Shown here: in pieces, positions 1-10,623 of the stretch | Position numbering within the stretch: position 1 is the stretch's first letter | Layout: the number at the start of each line of letters is the position of its first letter | IMG/VR virus record: IMGVR_UViG_3300032285_003899 | Coordinates: 18,127 to 82,126 of that record | Strand: one strand, 5' to 3' | DNA: 64,000 bases | Source: a virus | Taxonomy: Duplodnaviria > Caudoviricetes | Position numbers and translations under genes: made by a program | Notes under the pieces: generated by a model | Seen by the model: only the letters and a program-made list of their open reading frames with translations | Database searches by the model: none | Told to the model about the DNA's origin: nothing

Positions 1-2
1 TC

Positions 3-290
3 ATGGAAGATTACTTATTTGCCGTTCATAACTATTTGATTTATTCTCAAGAAGCTGAAGCTCAATTGCAAAAACCTTTAGAAATTCAACCTGAAATGAG
101 AGTTTTGAACATAAATCCTTCTTGCAAACATTATAATAGCGAAGGTTATGTCAAAGAAGTCAAAGATCTTCCAGACAACATGGGCAAAGTAGTTGTTTAT
201 GAAGTTACTAACAATGGAGCCAATTTCAAAAAAGGTGATATTTTAACAAAAACAATCGATCAAATTAAAATACTAGAAGGAAACAAATAA
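3..290 (+). CDS. hypothetical protein (possibly 5'-truncated)
   Basis: 95-aa ORF at the window edge; its stop overlaps the next ATG. Confidence 0.6.
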   Translation: MEDYLFAVHNYLIYSQEAEAQLQKPLEIQPEMRVLNINPSCKHYNSEGYVKEVKDLPDNMGKVVVYEVTNNGANFKKGDILTKTIDQIKILEGNK

Positions 291-826
291 TGAAATCAAA
301 TCTCAAATTCGACAATAAAAATTTCGTAGCTGAAGTTTCTCTTTCAAATCTAATCGAACCAGATGAACAAGAGGTTCACGATACATACATGAATGAATGT
401 ATGATTGATGACGCTGCCTTTGTAAATACTGGTGGTATGTCCACTGCCGATGCTAAATATATGTGCGGTATGTGGTACATGAGAAATCGTGGCGTAATGA
501 CCGAAGCTGAAGGAAAGTTGACTGAAAAGCAAAAGTCTTTGCCACCAGCACTACAAAAAGCCATTTTGAAGAGACAACACAAGGCTGGCAAGTTAAATGA
601 AGATGGCAAAAAAGAAGCTGAAAGCATGGGAGCTTGGGATGGAGAAATGAAGGCCGAACCAACAGCAGTATTTCCTCAAGAACCCGCTCCTCCCACAGGA
701 GATATCACCCCAAAGTTGGCTGTCGAAGGTTTAAAAATTGATGAACAATTAGAAAAAGAATTGAAAAACAGTGAAATCAAAGATCCTAAACTTCAAAGCG
801 CATACTTTGAAGTAACTGAAAAGTAA
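290..826 (+). CDS. hypothetical phage protein
   Basis: 178-aa ORF followed by an intrinsic terminator. Confidence 0.75.
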   Translation: MKSNLKFDNKNFVAEVSLSNLIEPDEQEVHDTYMNECMIDDAAFVNTGGMSTADAKYMCGMWYMRNRGVMTEAEGKLTEKQKSLPPALQKAILKRQHKAGKLNEDGKKEAESMGAWDGEMKAEPTAVFPQEPAPPTGDITPKLAVEGLKIDEQLEKELKNSEIKDPKLQSAYFEVTEK

Positions 827-842
827 TTAAAATAAACAAATT

Positions 843-869
843 AAACCGCTGGGAAACCAGCGGTTTTTT
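843..869 (+). terminator. intrinsic terminator
   Basis: CCGCTGG-GAAA-CCAGCGG followed by a T run. Confidence 0.9.
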
Positions 870-873
870 GCTG

Positions 874-901
874 TTGACATCTTGAGTTTATGTGGTATGC
901 T
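874..901 (+). promoter_or_regulatory. sigma70-type promoter
   Basis: TTGACA-N16-(TGG)TATGCT, 8 nt before ATG 910. Confidence 0.75.
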
Positions 902-909
902 CGCAACAG

Positions 910-1230
910 ATGAATAAAAGAGAGCTATTAAATAAGCTTTTGCATATTCCAAAAAAAGTTCATCCATCATTCTGGGGCAAACAATTCAGAATATTAAATT
1001 CTCTTCTCAAGAAGTTTCCTGATATGAAATTCTGGGAACAAATTGTTGTTGTTAGAGTTGATTGCCTTACTTTATATGCTGGAGAGGATGCCAATGGAAT
1101 AGCTGATAAATACAAAAAATATATTTTTCAACCTGAATTAAAGAATCTTGAAGTTAAGCTTGGCGAAAAAGCTGGACAAGACTATAATATTACAGTAAAA
1201 CCTAAAACAATAAAAGACTTTCTAAAATGA
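910..1230 (+). CDS. hypothetical protein
   Basis: ATG 910 lies just after the promoter; overlaps the recA start (ATGA). Confidence 0.75.
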   Translation: MNKRELLNKLLHIPKKVHPSFWGKQFRILNSLLKKFPDMKFWEQIVVVRVDCLTLYAGEDANGIADKYKKYIFQPELKNLEVKLGEKAGQDYNITVKPKTIKDFLK

Positions 1231-2399
1231 GTAAAAAGAATAATAAAGAAGAAGTAGATAGTAGCAAAATTACAACGTCTCAAGATCAGCTTAAAAGCTT
1301 CTTGAAGAATAATAAAGAATCTCATTACAACTTTGAACCTAGTATTGATTACAAGGTTTCAAGCGGAAGTTTGCTGCTAGATTATTTTCTAGCTGGCGGA
1401 CTAGGAACTGGTCTTCATCGATTCTGCGGAATTAATGAAGGCGGCAAGACAAGCTGCGCTCTTCAGTTCATGAAGAATTTCTTGGATCAACCTAAGAAGC
1501 GTAAAGGCTTTTATATTAAAGCTGAAGGTCGATTGAGCAAAGAAATGATTGAACGATCTGGAGTTAAGTTTGTATTTAATGAAGATGAATGGGTCGATGG
1601 AACTTGTTTCGTATTTGAATCTAATATTCATGAAACAGTGTTTGATGCGATGCGCGAACTAGTAGGCAAGAATGACGAAAAGATTCAATACTTCTTTCTT
1701 CTCGACTCTGTTGATGGATTGATTCGAAAGGGTGATCTTGATAAGACTTTTGAAGAGTCGCAAAAGGTAGCTGGTGGAGCAGTTATTGCCGCCGATCTAA
1801 TGAAGCGTATTTCTATCGCTCTACAAAAGCGTGGACATATCGCAGTATTTATTTCTCAAGTTCGTGCTGACATCAAGCTTGATCCATATAGCAAAGCTCC
1901 GATTCGCCAAACTACTGCCACAGGTGGTAACGCTTTGTTGCATTTTGCTAACTGGATTTTTGAATTTGACGCTCGTTTCAAGGGCGATCTAATTCTTGAA
2001 GATCCCAACGCTTCTTATGACGAGCAGAAGAATCCATATCTTGGGCATTTCGTCAAGATCGTGGTCAAGAAGTCTCCTAATGAAAGAACTAACTGCACTA
2101 TTCGATATCCAATTAAATATGGAAGAAAGAATGGCACTTCTAATTGGGTGGAAAAAGAAATCTTTGATTTTCTAACTATGTGGGAAATCGCTATCAAAAA
2201 GGGAGCTTGGATTAGCTTTGACGAAGAGTTTCTAACTACTCTAAAAGAAGCTGGTTTTACAGATTTTCCCGCTCAAATTCAAGGAGCCGCAAAATTTGAG
2301 CAAATTGTAAATGACAATGAAAAGCTCAAGAATTTCTTTTTCAAGTACATCAGTGAAAACCTACTAAATTTTGGCGATGGAATTTCTCTCTCTGAATAA
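1227..2399 (+). CDS. recA: RecA/UvsX-like recombinase
   Basis: SSGSLLLDYFLAGG, Walker A GINEGGKTS, Walker B LLDSVDG, FISQVR, TGGNALLHFA. Confidence 0.92.
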   Translation: MSKKNNKEEVDSSKITTSQDQLKSFLKNNKESHYNFEPSIDYKVSSGSLLLDYFLAGGLGTGLHRFCGINEGGKTSCALQFMKNFLDQPKKRKGFYIKAEGRLSKEMIERSGVKFVFNEDEWVDGTCFVFESNIHETVFDAMRELVGKNDEKIQYFFLLDSVDGLIRKGDLDKTFEESQKVAGGAVIAADLMKRISIALQKRGHIAVFISQVRADIKLDPYSKAPIRQTTATGGNALLHFANWIFEFDARFKGDLILEDPNASYDEQKNPYLGHFVKIVVKKSPNERTNCTIRYPIKYGRKNGTSNWVEKEIFDFLTMWEIAIKKGAWISFDEEFLTTLKEAGFTDFPAQIQGAAKFEQIVNDNEKLKNFFFKYISENLLNFGDGISLSE

Positions 2400-2784
2400 T
2401 AAAAAAAGACGCTGCAAGAATGCTCGCAATTATTTAATTAATTGGAGCGTAGATAGTCGTAGTAAATTTCAAACTGAAGCTAAGAAATTTCTACGAAACT
2501 ATTGGCAGCACAACATTGTGTTTGAAGAGTTTCCCATTGTTGGAACTCGTCTTACCTTGGATTTCTATAACGCTAATAAAAAAATAGCAATAGAAGTCCA
2601 AGGTAGGCAACACACTGGTTTTGTGAAATTTTTTCACGAAAATAGAATGAATTTTCTTCATCAACTTAATAGAGATAAGAAAAAAGAACGTTTCTGTGAA
2701 CTTAATGAGATTACACTTGTAACTATATTTGAAAATGATATAATAAATAAAGACCTTTTCGAGAGTCAAGGTGTAATATTATAA
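2377..2784 (+). CDS. Vsr/DUF559-like PD-(D/E)XK endonuclease
   Basis: LTLDFYNANKKIAIEVQGRQH...DKKKERFCELNEITLV. Confidence 0.75.
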   Translation: MEFLSLNNKKRRCKNARNYLINWSVDSRSKFQTEAKKFLRNYWQHNIVFEEFPIVGTRLTLDFYNANKKIAIEVQGRQHTGFVKFFHENRMNFLHQLNRDKKKERFCELNEITLVTIFENDIINKDLFESQGVIL

Positions 2785-2785
2785 C

Positions 2786-3046
2786 ATGAAGAAGGATTCA
2801 CAATCAGAGAGTTTTAAACAATTTAAAATTCCTGAAAACTATTTTAATAAGCTTTACGAGTTTACTGGTTCAGATGAATCCTCTAAAGGATTTATAGTCG
2901 CTTACGTCTCTCAAGATGGATGTCCAATGATTTATACTAAAGTTGCTAATCCAATCGTAGAAATGGGACTCGTCAAAGCTTTAGAAAAATATTTAAACGA
3001 AGTCAACAACGAGCAAAATTCCATTGACATGAGCGATGAGCCGTGA
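2786..3046 (+). CDS. hypothetical protein
   Basis: 86-aa ORF preceded by a GTGTAA motif at 2771-2776. Confidence 0.7.
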   Translation: MKKDSQSESFKQFKIPENYFNKLYEFTGSDESSKGFIVAYVSQDGCPMIYTKVANPIVEMGLVKALEKYLNEVNNEQNSIDMSDEP

Positions 3047-3061
3047 TACCGTACGGTCGGA

Positions 3062-4576
3062 ATGATTTATTCGTATGACTTAGAGACTCAGTTGCTCGCT
3101 GGACTGATTAAATATCCAGAAAGATACGCTGATGTCGCATCTTTCATAACAGAGAAAGATTTCTGGAGCGAAAGCTCCAAGATAAATAGAACTATTTTTT
3201 GCGTACTTCGTCAAGCCATTGATAATGGTGAAAAAATTGATGATGTAGTTATTTCTCAAAGAGTAAAGAATTTCGGAGTAACTTTTGAAGACAATATCAA
3301 TCCATCTGATTATATTGAATCATTGTCTCTCAAGAAGTTATCTTCAGAATCTATTATTAGTGTTGCTAAAGAGTTGAAGAAATACACTATTCGTCGTGAG
3401 ATCGCGATATGTGGTGCAGAAATCAACAAGAAGATGAAGTCTATATCTCCATCTTCTGATTATAACGTCATTATTGAAACTGCTGATAAGCTTTATAATG
3501 ATCAAATTAATTTGTACGAAACTGGAGCGGATCAGCCAGAAAATATTTTTGATGAAATGGAAGCTCTTGTTGAAGAGCGTGGAAACAATCCAGTTGCTGA
3601 ATTTGGATTTACTGGTCCCCATCCAAAGACACAAGAAATGTACGGCTCGCTTTTGAGACCGGGAAATATCACCGTTATCGTTGCTCGCTCAGGTGTTGGT
3701 AAGACTCAATTTTGTTTAGATTTTACTACTAAAGTATCTGAACAGCATGAAGTTCCAGTTCTTCATTTTGATAATGGAGAAATGAGTAAAGAAGAGCTTA
3801 TCTTTAGACAATGCGCTGCCATGTCTAAAGTTCCAATGTATCTTCTTGAAAGCGGCAACTGGCGAAAAGCTGGCACAGAAATTGTAGATAATGTTAGATC
3901 AGTTTGGAAGACCATTCATAAGCGATATAAACATTTATATTATTATAACGTAGGCGGCATGAGCGTTGATGCACAAATCAGCGTTCTTAAAAGATTTTAT
4001 TATTCCAAGATTGGTCGTGGAAACCCCATGATTTTTAGTTTTGATTATATTAAAACTACGAGCGAAAACGGAGGAAACAAAACAGAATGGCAGCTTGTTG
4101 GAGAAATGGTCGATAAATATAAACGGTGCATTCAAAGAGATATCGTAAGCGACAAAGGACCATGCATATCAATGATGACATCTGTGCAATCTAATCGTGC
4201 TGGTATTGTAACTAATAAAAATTCATCAAACATAACTGATGATGAAAGCATCGTTTCTCTTTCTGATCGTATTACTCAATTCGCTTCTCATTTGTTCATT
4301 CTGCGACAAAAAACATCAGATGAATTGCAAAATGAAGTTGGATTTGGAACTCATAAATTCATTAACATAAAAGCTCGCCATCTCGGTAAAGATATCGCTG
4401 GAGCTATTAATCCAGTAAAACTTCCCGATGGAACCCTGAAAAAGAATTTCGTTAATCTTGAAATCGCCAATTTCTGTGTTTCAGAAAAAGGTGACTATAG
4501 AGATATCGTGGACGCTCTTGGTACAAATGCAACTGTAATTAAAGATAACGATGACGACGTACCTAACCTCGATTAA
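3062..4576 (+). CDS. dnaB: replicative DNA helicase, DnaB family
   Basis: N-terminal DnaB domain; VIVARSGVGKT Walker A, FDNGEM, FDY, QSNR motifs. Confidence 0.92.
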   Translation: MIYSYDLETQLLAGLIKYPERYADVASFITEKDFWSESSKINRTIFCVLRQAIDNGEKIDDVVISQRVKNFGVTFEDNINPSDYIESLSLKKLSSESIISVAKELKKYTIRREIAICGAEINKKMKSISPSSDYNVIIETADKLYNDQINLYETGADQPENIFDEMEALVEERGNNPVAEFGFTGPHPKTQEMYGSLLRPGNITVIVARSGVGKTQFCLDFTTKVSEQHEVPVLHFDNGEMSKEELIFRQCAAMSKVPMYLLESGNWRKAGTEIVDNVRSVWKTIHKRYKHLYYYNVGGMSVDAQISVLKRFYYSKIGRGNPMIFSFDYIKTTSENGGNKTEWQLVGEMVDKYKRCIQRDIVSDKGPCISMMTSVQSNRAGIVTNKNSSNITDDESIVSLSDRITQFASHLFILRQKTSDELQNEVGFGTHKFINIKARHLGKDIAGAINPVKLPDGTLKKNFVNLEIANFCVSEKGDYRDIVDALGTNATVIKDNDDDVPNLD

Positions 4577-5630
4577 TAATCAAGCGGAACTCATTGAAAA
4601 AACTTTGATCGATCTTGGATATCAACTCTCAGATCGTGGCAAGTATTGGCAATGTAACGCTGTTTATCGTGATGGTGACAACAGAACTGCTCTACAAATT
4701 TGGAAAGACACGGGAATTTGGAAAGATTTCGTAGCAAACACTTCTTATCAACCTTTTAAAAGACTTCTTGAACTTACCTGCAAAGATGATTCTCAAATAG
4801 AAGAAATCTTACACTCAATTAAAAATAATAATGACCCCTGTATAGAATCAATCAGAACACCTAAAATGGAATCAGATCAATTTTTTGACCACGATGAAGT
4901 AAAGACTTTGCTTCCTCATTATGATTTTTATAACAAGAAAAGCATAAGCTCTGAAATTCTTGAGCTTTATCGATCTGGTTTTTCCATGTCTGGAAAAATG
5001 AATGGTCGTTTTGTATTTCCAATATTTGATGAAAATAAAAAAGTAATTGGAATCAGTGGCCGACATTTACTTTGGAAACCTAATAGCTCTGCTCCAAAGT
5101 GGAAACACATTGGAAGAAAAGGCAACTGGATATATCCAATTAATCTACAGCACGAAGATGATAATATTTTCAAAAAAACTATTGAAGAAAAACGTTCAAT
5201 TATTCTTGTAGAAGGCATTGGCGATAGTCTCGCGCTATCCCAGCAAGGATATTATAATCATCTTGTTGTATTCGGTTTGGAGATCAGTTCTAAACAGTTG
5301 TCTTATTTAATGTCTTTGTCTGTAGATGAAGTTGTCATTTCTACAAACAATGATGCTGATAAAACTGACAATCGCGGACTTCAAGCGGCAATCAAGATAT
5401 TCCTTAAACTTATTAAATATATTGATATCGATAAGGTTAAGATTAAACTTCCTATTTGCAAAGATTTTGGCGAAATGCTAGAGAAAGGTATCTCAATGGA
5501 AAGATGGGAGAATAAGAAGCGAGATAGAATAACTCAAGTAGAATACATTCTTGATTATGTATATAATAACGATAAGGATAAGAAAACTATTTCTATTCTT
5601 AAAGATTACCTAGAAAGTCTAAAGCTTTGA
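4551..5630 (+). CDS. DNA primase (Toprim domain)
   Basis: GRFVFPI...VIGISGR, KWK, ILVEGIGD, DxD in NNDADK; follows dnaB. Confidence 0.88.
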   Translation: MTTYLTSINNQAELIEKTLIDLGYQLSDRGKYWQCNAVYRDGDNRTALQIWKDTGIWKDFVANTSYQPFKRLLELTCKDDSQIEEILHSIKNNNDPCIESIRTPKMESDQFFDHDEVKTLLPHYDFYNKKSISSEILELYRSGFSMSGKMNGRFVFPIFDENKKVIGISGRHLLWKPNSSAPKWKHIGRKGNWIYPINLQHEDDNIFKKTIEEKRSIILVEGIGDSLALSQQGYYNHLVVFGLEISSKQLSYLMSLSVDEVVISTNNDADKTDNRGLQAAIKIFLKLIKYIDIDKVKIKLPICKDFGEMLEKGISMERWENKKRDRITQVEYILDYVYNNDKDKKTISILKDYLESLKL

Positions 5631-6676
5631 AGGAAACATTATCAGCCAGTAAAATAAAGACGCTAAAATCCTGCTCATGGCAGTATTGGTGCAAATACGT
5701 TTTGAAGCTACCAGATAAAACTAATTCTGGAGCTTTAATTGGCGATACTGTGCATATCATTCTTGAATGCCTTGGCTTGCCCAGACATAAAAAACATTAT
5801 GATTTAATCATAAAGAAGAAAAATATCTTTGCATCTAAAGCTATTAAAAGAATGGTTCATAAACATATTAAGAGAAAAGATCTTAATATGGAAGCTGATT
5901 TAGAAAATATTTGTTCAATGGCCTTGAATGGATTGATGTACGATTTTTTTGGTAATAAGTATGGAACTCCAACAGAGGTCATTTCAGAAAAAGATTTCGA
6001 GATTACAGTTCAAGAAGAAGATATTAGCTACAAAATAAAAGGTTTCATCGATAAGCTTTTTATTTATGGCGATCATGGAATTGTATTAATTAGAGACTTC
6101 AAGACAAATAAAAAGAAATACGAAGGCAAGGAAGTTACCGATAATCTACAAGATTATATGTACACTCTTGCTATTAGAAAACTATACCCTCATCTCAAAG
6201 ATATTAAAATGGAATTCCTGTTCTTGAAGCAGGATCTAAATGCTGATGGAGTTATGCCTATGGAAGCCAAAGACAAGTATGAGCTTCTCGGCTTTGAACA
6301 CGAACTAACTGGCTATCAAAAATATGCCGATTCTTTTACTGAAAAAACCGCTCTGTCTAATATGGCGGCAAATCAAGGTATGCCTAAAGATGGAAGTTTT
6401 GCTGGTAAACTTCTTTGTGGATTCGCTAAACAACCAAATCAAATTAAAAAAGATGGCACCCCAATGTGGTATTGCACTTATAAATTTGGATTTGATTATT
6501 ATGCGATTATTGATAAAGATGGAAAGATAAAGAAATCAGCTTTTACCAAAAAAGAGTTGGAAAAAATTAAGTTGGCTGAAGGAGAGAAGATAGTAAAAAA
6601 TAAATATGATGGATGCCCTTGTTTTAAACCAAAACCAGTTGAAGCTACAGACGATTTCGACCTTGACAAGTTCTAA
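5627..6676 (+). CDS. PD-(D/E)XK exonuclease, RecB/AddB-like
   Basis: SASKIKTLKSC..YWCKY, KGFIDKL, IRDFKT, QDYMY; C-terminal Cys residues suggest an Fe-S staple. Confidence 0.85.
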   Translation: MKETLSASKIKTLKSCSWQYWCKYVLKLPDKTNSGALIGDTVHIILECLGLPRHKKHYDLIIKKKNIFASKAIKRMVHKHIKRKDLNMEADLENICSMALNGLMYDFFGNKYGTPTEVISEKDFEITVQEEDISYKIKGFIDKLFIYGDHGIVLIRDFKTNKKKYEGKEVTDNLQDYMYTLAIRKLYPHLKDIKMEFLFLKQDLNADGVMPMEAKDKYELLGFEHELTGYQKYADSFTEKTALSNMAANQGMPKDGSFAGKLLCGFAKQPNQIKKDGTPMWYCTYKFGFDYYAIIDKDGKIKKSAFTKKELEKIKLAEGEKIVKNKYDGCPCFKPKPVEATDDFDLDKF

Positions 6677-6699
6677 TTTTCCATTAAGGTCTATGGAGA

Positions 6700-7458
6700 A
6701 TGCTGCCATTGTTCAAGTCACACTTTAGTATAGGAAAATCTATACTAACTTTAGATGATCCTAAAAAAGTTACTGAAGGAGGATCAGATAGCGTATTTAA
6801 AATCGCTAAAGATAACGGTCTAAAACAAATCATTTTAGTCGAAGACTCTCTAATTGGATTCTTTGAAGCGTATAAACGCAGCAAAGAGATGAATATTCAA
6901 TTAGTGTTTGGTCTTAGACTATCAATGAGAAATTCTGCATTGCCAGAAGATGAAGGTAGTCAACATAAAGTCATCATTTTTGCCAAAGATGATATTGGCT
7001 GTAAACTGCTTAATAAAATATACTCAAAAGCTTTCTGCTCCAATTCTGGCTTTCTAAGTTATAATGAGTTGAAAGAGTTGTGGAACGAAGCCTCTCTCAA
7101 GCTTGCTATTCCATTTTACGATTCATTTATTTATATAAATAATCTATCTTTTGGAAATGCGGTGCCAGATTTGTCTTTTACAAAAGCCACTTTATTTTAC
7201 GAGCAGAATGATCTAGCTTTAGATTATATACTTGAGGAGAAGGTTAAAGAATTCTCCACTAATAATGATCTACCAATGGTTAAAGTTCGAAGCATCTATT
7301 ATAACAAGAAATCAGATGTCAAAGCTTTTATGGCTTACAAGATAATCTGCAATCGATCTTTCGGCAAAGATCGTTCATTAGAGAAACCAGAACTACCTCA
7401 TTTTTGCAGCGACAAATTCAGTTTCGAAGCTTGGAAGGAAGAAAATGCTACGATTTAA
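6700..7458 (+). CDS. stand-alone PHP domain of DNA polymerase III alpha
   Basis: KSHFSIGKS...GLKQIILVED...GFFEAYK...VFGLRL resembles the DnaE N-terminus; own promoter TTGACA 6663-6668 / TAAGGT 6685-6690. Confidence 0.8.
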   Translation: MLPLFKSHFSIGKSILTLDDPKKVTEGGSDSVFKIAKDNGLKQIILVEDSLIGFFEAYKRSKEMNIQLVFGLRLSMRNSALPEDEGSQHKVIIFAKDDIGCKLLNKIYSKAFCSNSGFLSYNELKELWNEASLKLAIPFYDSFIYINNLSFGNAVPDLSFTKATLFYEQNDLALDYILEEKVKEFSTNNDLPMVKVRSIYYNKKSDVKAFMAYKIICNRSFGKDRSLEKPELPHFCSDKFSFEAWKEENATI

Positions 7459-8074
7459 TAAAGAACAAAAATATATCTGTTTCGATTTTGAAACCTGTCA
7501 TCTAAATCTACTTGATGATAGTAATAAACCTTGGCAATTAAGTTATTTAATCGCTAAAGGCAGCAACATATTAAAGGAAGTGGATAATCACATCTACTGG
7601 CCTGATCTCAAGCTTTCAGAAGGAGCTAAAATTGTCACTCATTTCGATGAGCGTAAATACCATTCACTAGCTGCTGATCCAAAAGAAGTATTGGCGGCTT
7701 TTGAAGATTATATTTATGATGATCAATACTTGATTATCGGACAAAACCTATTGGGATTCGATGTATACGTTCATAATACATATAGAAGATTAATGGGTAA
7801 GAAGAGCGATTTCTCTTATGTTAAGAGAATAATAGATACAAATTGTTTAGCCAAAGCTATTAAAAAGAATCTAAAACCCCAAAGAGATTCTGACTTTACT
7901 TTTTGGCAGTATAGACTAAATGACTTTCGCGAGAAAGGTCTGAAAACAAGCATTAAAACTCAATTGAAAGAATATAAGATTGACTTTGATGAGAATATGC
8001 TTCACAATTCCATGTACGACGTTCAAATGAATTTTAAGATTTTTCAGAAGCAGCTTTGGCAAATTGAAATATGA
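7445..8074 (+). CDS. DEDDh 3'-5' exonuclease (DnaQ/epsilon-like)
   Basis: CFDFET, GQNLLGFD, IIDT, LHNSMYDV. Confidence 0.88.
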   Translation: MLRFNKEQKYICFDFETCHLNLLDDSNKPWQLSYLIAKGSNILKEVDNHIYWPDLKLSEGAKIVTHFDERKYHSLAADPKEVLAAFEDYIYDDQYLIIGQNLLGFDVYVHNTYRRLMGKKSDFSYVKRIIDTNCLAKAIKKNLKPQRDSDFTFWQYRLNDFREKGLKTSIKTQLKEYKIDFDENMLHNSMYDVQMNFKIFQKQLWQIEI

Positions 8075-10623
8075 ATTTTTTACAAGACATTAAACCTTAC
8101 GATAACGCCATGCTTCCCGGCGTTCGTTTGCCTCAAATTTCTATTGAAGGCAAGTATTATGATTTGCTGAAGATTCCTATTTCTTCAGATAATTTTACTT
8201 TTCTAAAGACGCTTTGTTACCGCAGTTTAAATAACTTGGGATTAAACAATAATCAATATACAGAGCGTTTGGAGATGGAGTTGGATATCTTCAAGGAACT
8301 CGACTTCGTTGATTATGTACTTCTCAACTGGGACATTCTTAATTTCTGCCATGAGAATAATATTCCCACTGGTGCTGGTCGCGGTAGTGCTGCTGGTTCT
8401 TTGGTTTTGTTTGTCGTGGGTGTTACGAAAGTTGATCCCATAAAATATGAACTCTTCTTTGAGCGTTTCGTTAGTCGTTCTCGCGCCAAGAAGATCATTA
8501 AAGATGATATTACTTATCTTGATGGTTCTCTGCTTCCTGACGTAGATAACGATATCAGCTATGACAGACGAGCAGAAGTTATTAAGTATATTGAGCAAAA
8601 GCATCTAGGTAAAACTTCTAAGATATTAACTCTTAATACTCTTTCTAGTAAGCTCTGCATTAAAGAGTGCGGAAAGATTGTAGGTGGATTTTCAGAAACA
8701 GATGTCAACGAAGTCAGCGACAATATTCCAAAACTATTCGGTCGAGTCTTTGAGCTAGAAGAAGCTTATAAAGAAAACGACAAGTTTAGAACTTGGGTCG
8801 ATCAGAATAGATTTGTATTTGAAATAGCTAAAAAAATTGAAGGTCTAAATAAGAATACTGGCGTTCATCCTTCTGGTATTGCCATTTCTTATTATAAGAT
8901 TGAAGAAGTTTGCCCTGTACAAAAAACTTCAGATGGTGATCTTGTCAGCGGTTACGATATGAATTATGTAGCCGAACTGATGGTTAAGTTCGACGTTCTT
9001 GGTCTTAGAACTCTTACTGTAGTAAGTGAAGTATGTAAGAGGTTGAATATCGATATGACTTCTATCGATCCTGAAGATCCTTGTATTTATGAAAGTTTGC
9101 AGAACTTGAGAACTCCACAAGGTTTGTTCCAAATTGAAGCTGAAACCAACTTTAAAGTTTGTCGTAAAGTTAGACCTAAGTCTTTGGAACAGCTTAGTGC
9201 AGTCGTGGCTATCGCTCGTCCCGGTGCTTTGGATTTTGCCGATCAATACGCTACATATTCCGCTTCTGGCGTATTTCAATTGGTCCACGATTTCTTTAAA
9301 GACGAACTCTCGTACACTGGTGGTATTCCATTGTATCAAGAGCAGTTGATGAAGATGGCTGTACGTCTTGGATTTACCCTTGACGAATCAGAGCAGTTGC
9401 GTCGAATCGTTGGTAAAAAGAAGGTAGATCAAATGCCAGCGTGGCAAGGAAAGATTCGCCAAAAGGTTGCAGAACAGAATCTTGATCCTGCGATTGGTGA
9501 CGTTCTATGGAAAGTTGCTGAAGATTCCGCTAACTATTCATTCAACAAGTCGCACTCAATTTCTTATGCGATCTTGGCGGCATGGACTGCTTATCTAAAA
9601 TTTAAATACCCACATGAATTTTTCTTGGCTCTTTTACAGCTATCAAAATACGAACCTGATTCACATCAAGAAATCAACAAGATCTCTAAGGAGCTAGTAT
9701 TCTTCGACATTAAGCTTTTACCTCCCGATCTTGCAAAGTCTGCTCTTGATTTTAAGATTGAAGATGGAAATATCCGATTTGGATTAAACTCTATTAAGGG
9801 TGTTTCAGAAAAAACTCTACAATCACTTCAGAATTTTAGAGAGACTAATACTCCTACGAAATTCGATATCTTTATTGCAGCTAAACAAGCTGGTATTAAT
9901 ATTGGATTGCTTTCGTCTTTAATACAGGCTGGCACTCTTAGCTCTTATACCCATAGAAGATCTCGACTAGTTCTTGAAGCTCAGACTTTTAATATTCTAA
10001 CTGATAAAGAAAAGAAATTCTCTTGTAGTGTCGGTCCTAAATATGATTACGATATTTTAACTATCGTAAGTGAATGCGCTTTCAAAGCTCAATCTTTGAA
10101 TGAAAGCGGCAAACCATTCATGAACGAAAAGCGAAAAATCACCTTTAGAAAGAAATACGATGAGTATAAAAAGATCTATGAGCAAAACAAGAATCATGAA
10201 AAGTTTGCTAACTGGGTTTTTGAAAATAAACTTTTAGGATACACTCCAACTATTCGACTGAAGACTATTTTTCAGCAATCTGAATGCACGTTCACTGACA
10301 CTTTGGAATTTCATTCGGCTTTTAAGGAAGATAGAGTTAAGATGGTTGGCGTTATTGATGATGTTTATAAAGGTAAGACAAAAAAATCTAATGCCACTTT
10401 CTATCGCTTTCAATTAAAAGATGAAGTTGGCAGCGTTAGCGCGATGTTTTTAGATGGTGGAAAACATCAAAGATTAACAGAATATCTTGAAGATGGTTTA
10501 AAGATACCAGAAAAAGAAAACATTGTAGTTTTCACTGGCAGAAAAGGCGACGATGTGTTATGGATAGAGAACATCGGAATCTTGGATGACAAGATCTACA
10601 TGAAGCTATCTGATATAGAATGA
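8071..10623 (+). CDS. dnaE: DNA polymerase III alpha catalytic subunit lacking the PHP domain
   Basis: GAGRGSAAGS, PDVDND, KFDVLGL, YQEQLM, YSFNKSHS, C-terminal OB fold. Confidence 0.95.
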   Translation: MNFLQDIKPYDNAMLPGVRLPQISIEGKYYDLLKIPISSDNFTFLKTLCYRSLNNLGLNNNQYTERLEMELDIFKELDFVDYVLLNWDILNFCHENNIPTGAGRGSAAGSLVLFVVGVTKVDPIKYELFFERFVSRSRAKKIIKDDITYLDGSLLPDVDNDISYDRRAEVIKYIEQKHLGKTSKILTLNTLSSKLCIKECGKIVGGFSETDVNEVSDNIPKLFGRVFELEEAYKENDKFRTWVDQNRFVFEIAKKIEGLNKNTGVHPSGIAISYYKIEEVCPVQKTSDGDLVSGYDMNYVAELMVKFDVLGLRTLTVVSEVCKRLNIDMTSIDPEDPCIYESLQNLRTPQGLFQIEAETNFKVCRKVRPKSLEQLSAVVAIARPGALDFADQYATYSASGVFQLVHDFFKDELSYTGGIPLYQEQLMKMAVRLGFTLDESEQLRRIVGKKKVDQMPAWQGKIRQKVAEQNLDPAIGDVLWKVAEDSANYSFNKSHSISYAILAAWTAYLKFKYPHEFFLALLQLSKYEPDSHQEINKISKELVFFDIKLLPPDLAKSALDFKIEDGNIRFGLNSIKGVSEKTLQSLQNFRETNTPTKFDIFIAAKQAGINIGLLSSLIQAGTLSSYTHRRSRLVLEAQTFNILTDKEKKFSCSVGPKYDYDILTIVSECAFKAQSLNESGKPFMNEKRKITFRKKYDEYKKIYEQNKNHEKFANWVFENKLLGYTPTIRLKTIFQQSECTFTDTLEFHSAFKEDRVKMVGVIDDVYKGKTKKSNATFYRFQLKDEVGSVSAMFLDGGKHQRLTEYLEDGLKIPEKENIVVFTGRKGDDVLWIENIGILDDKIYMKLSDIE

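Noticed and set aside
8071-10623. Intein in DnaE, RecA or DnaB
   Set aside because: No extra insertion with an N-terminal Cys and C-terminal HN junction; lengths are normal.
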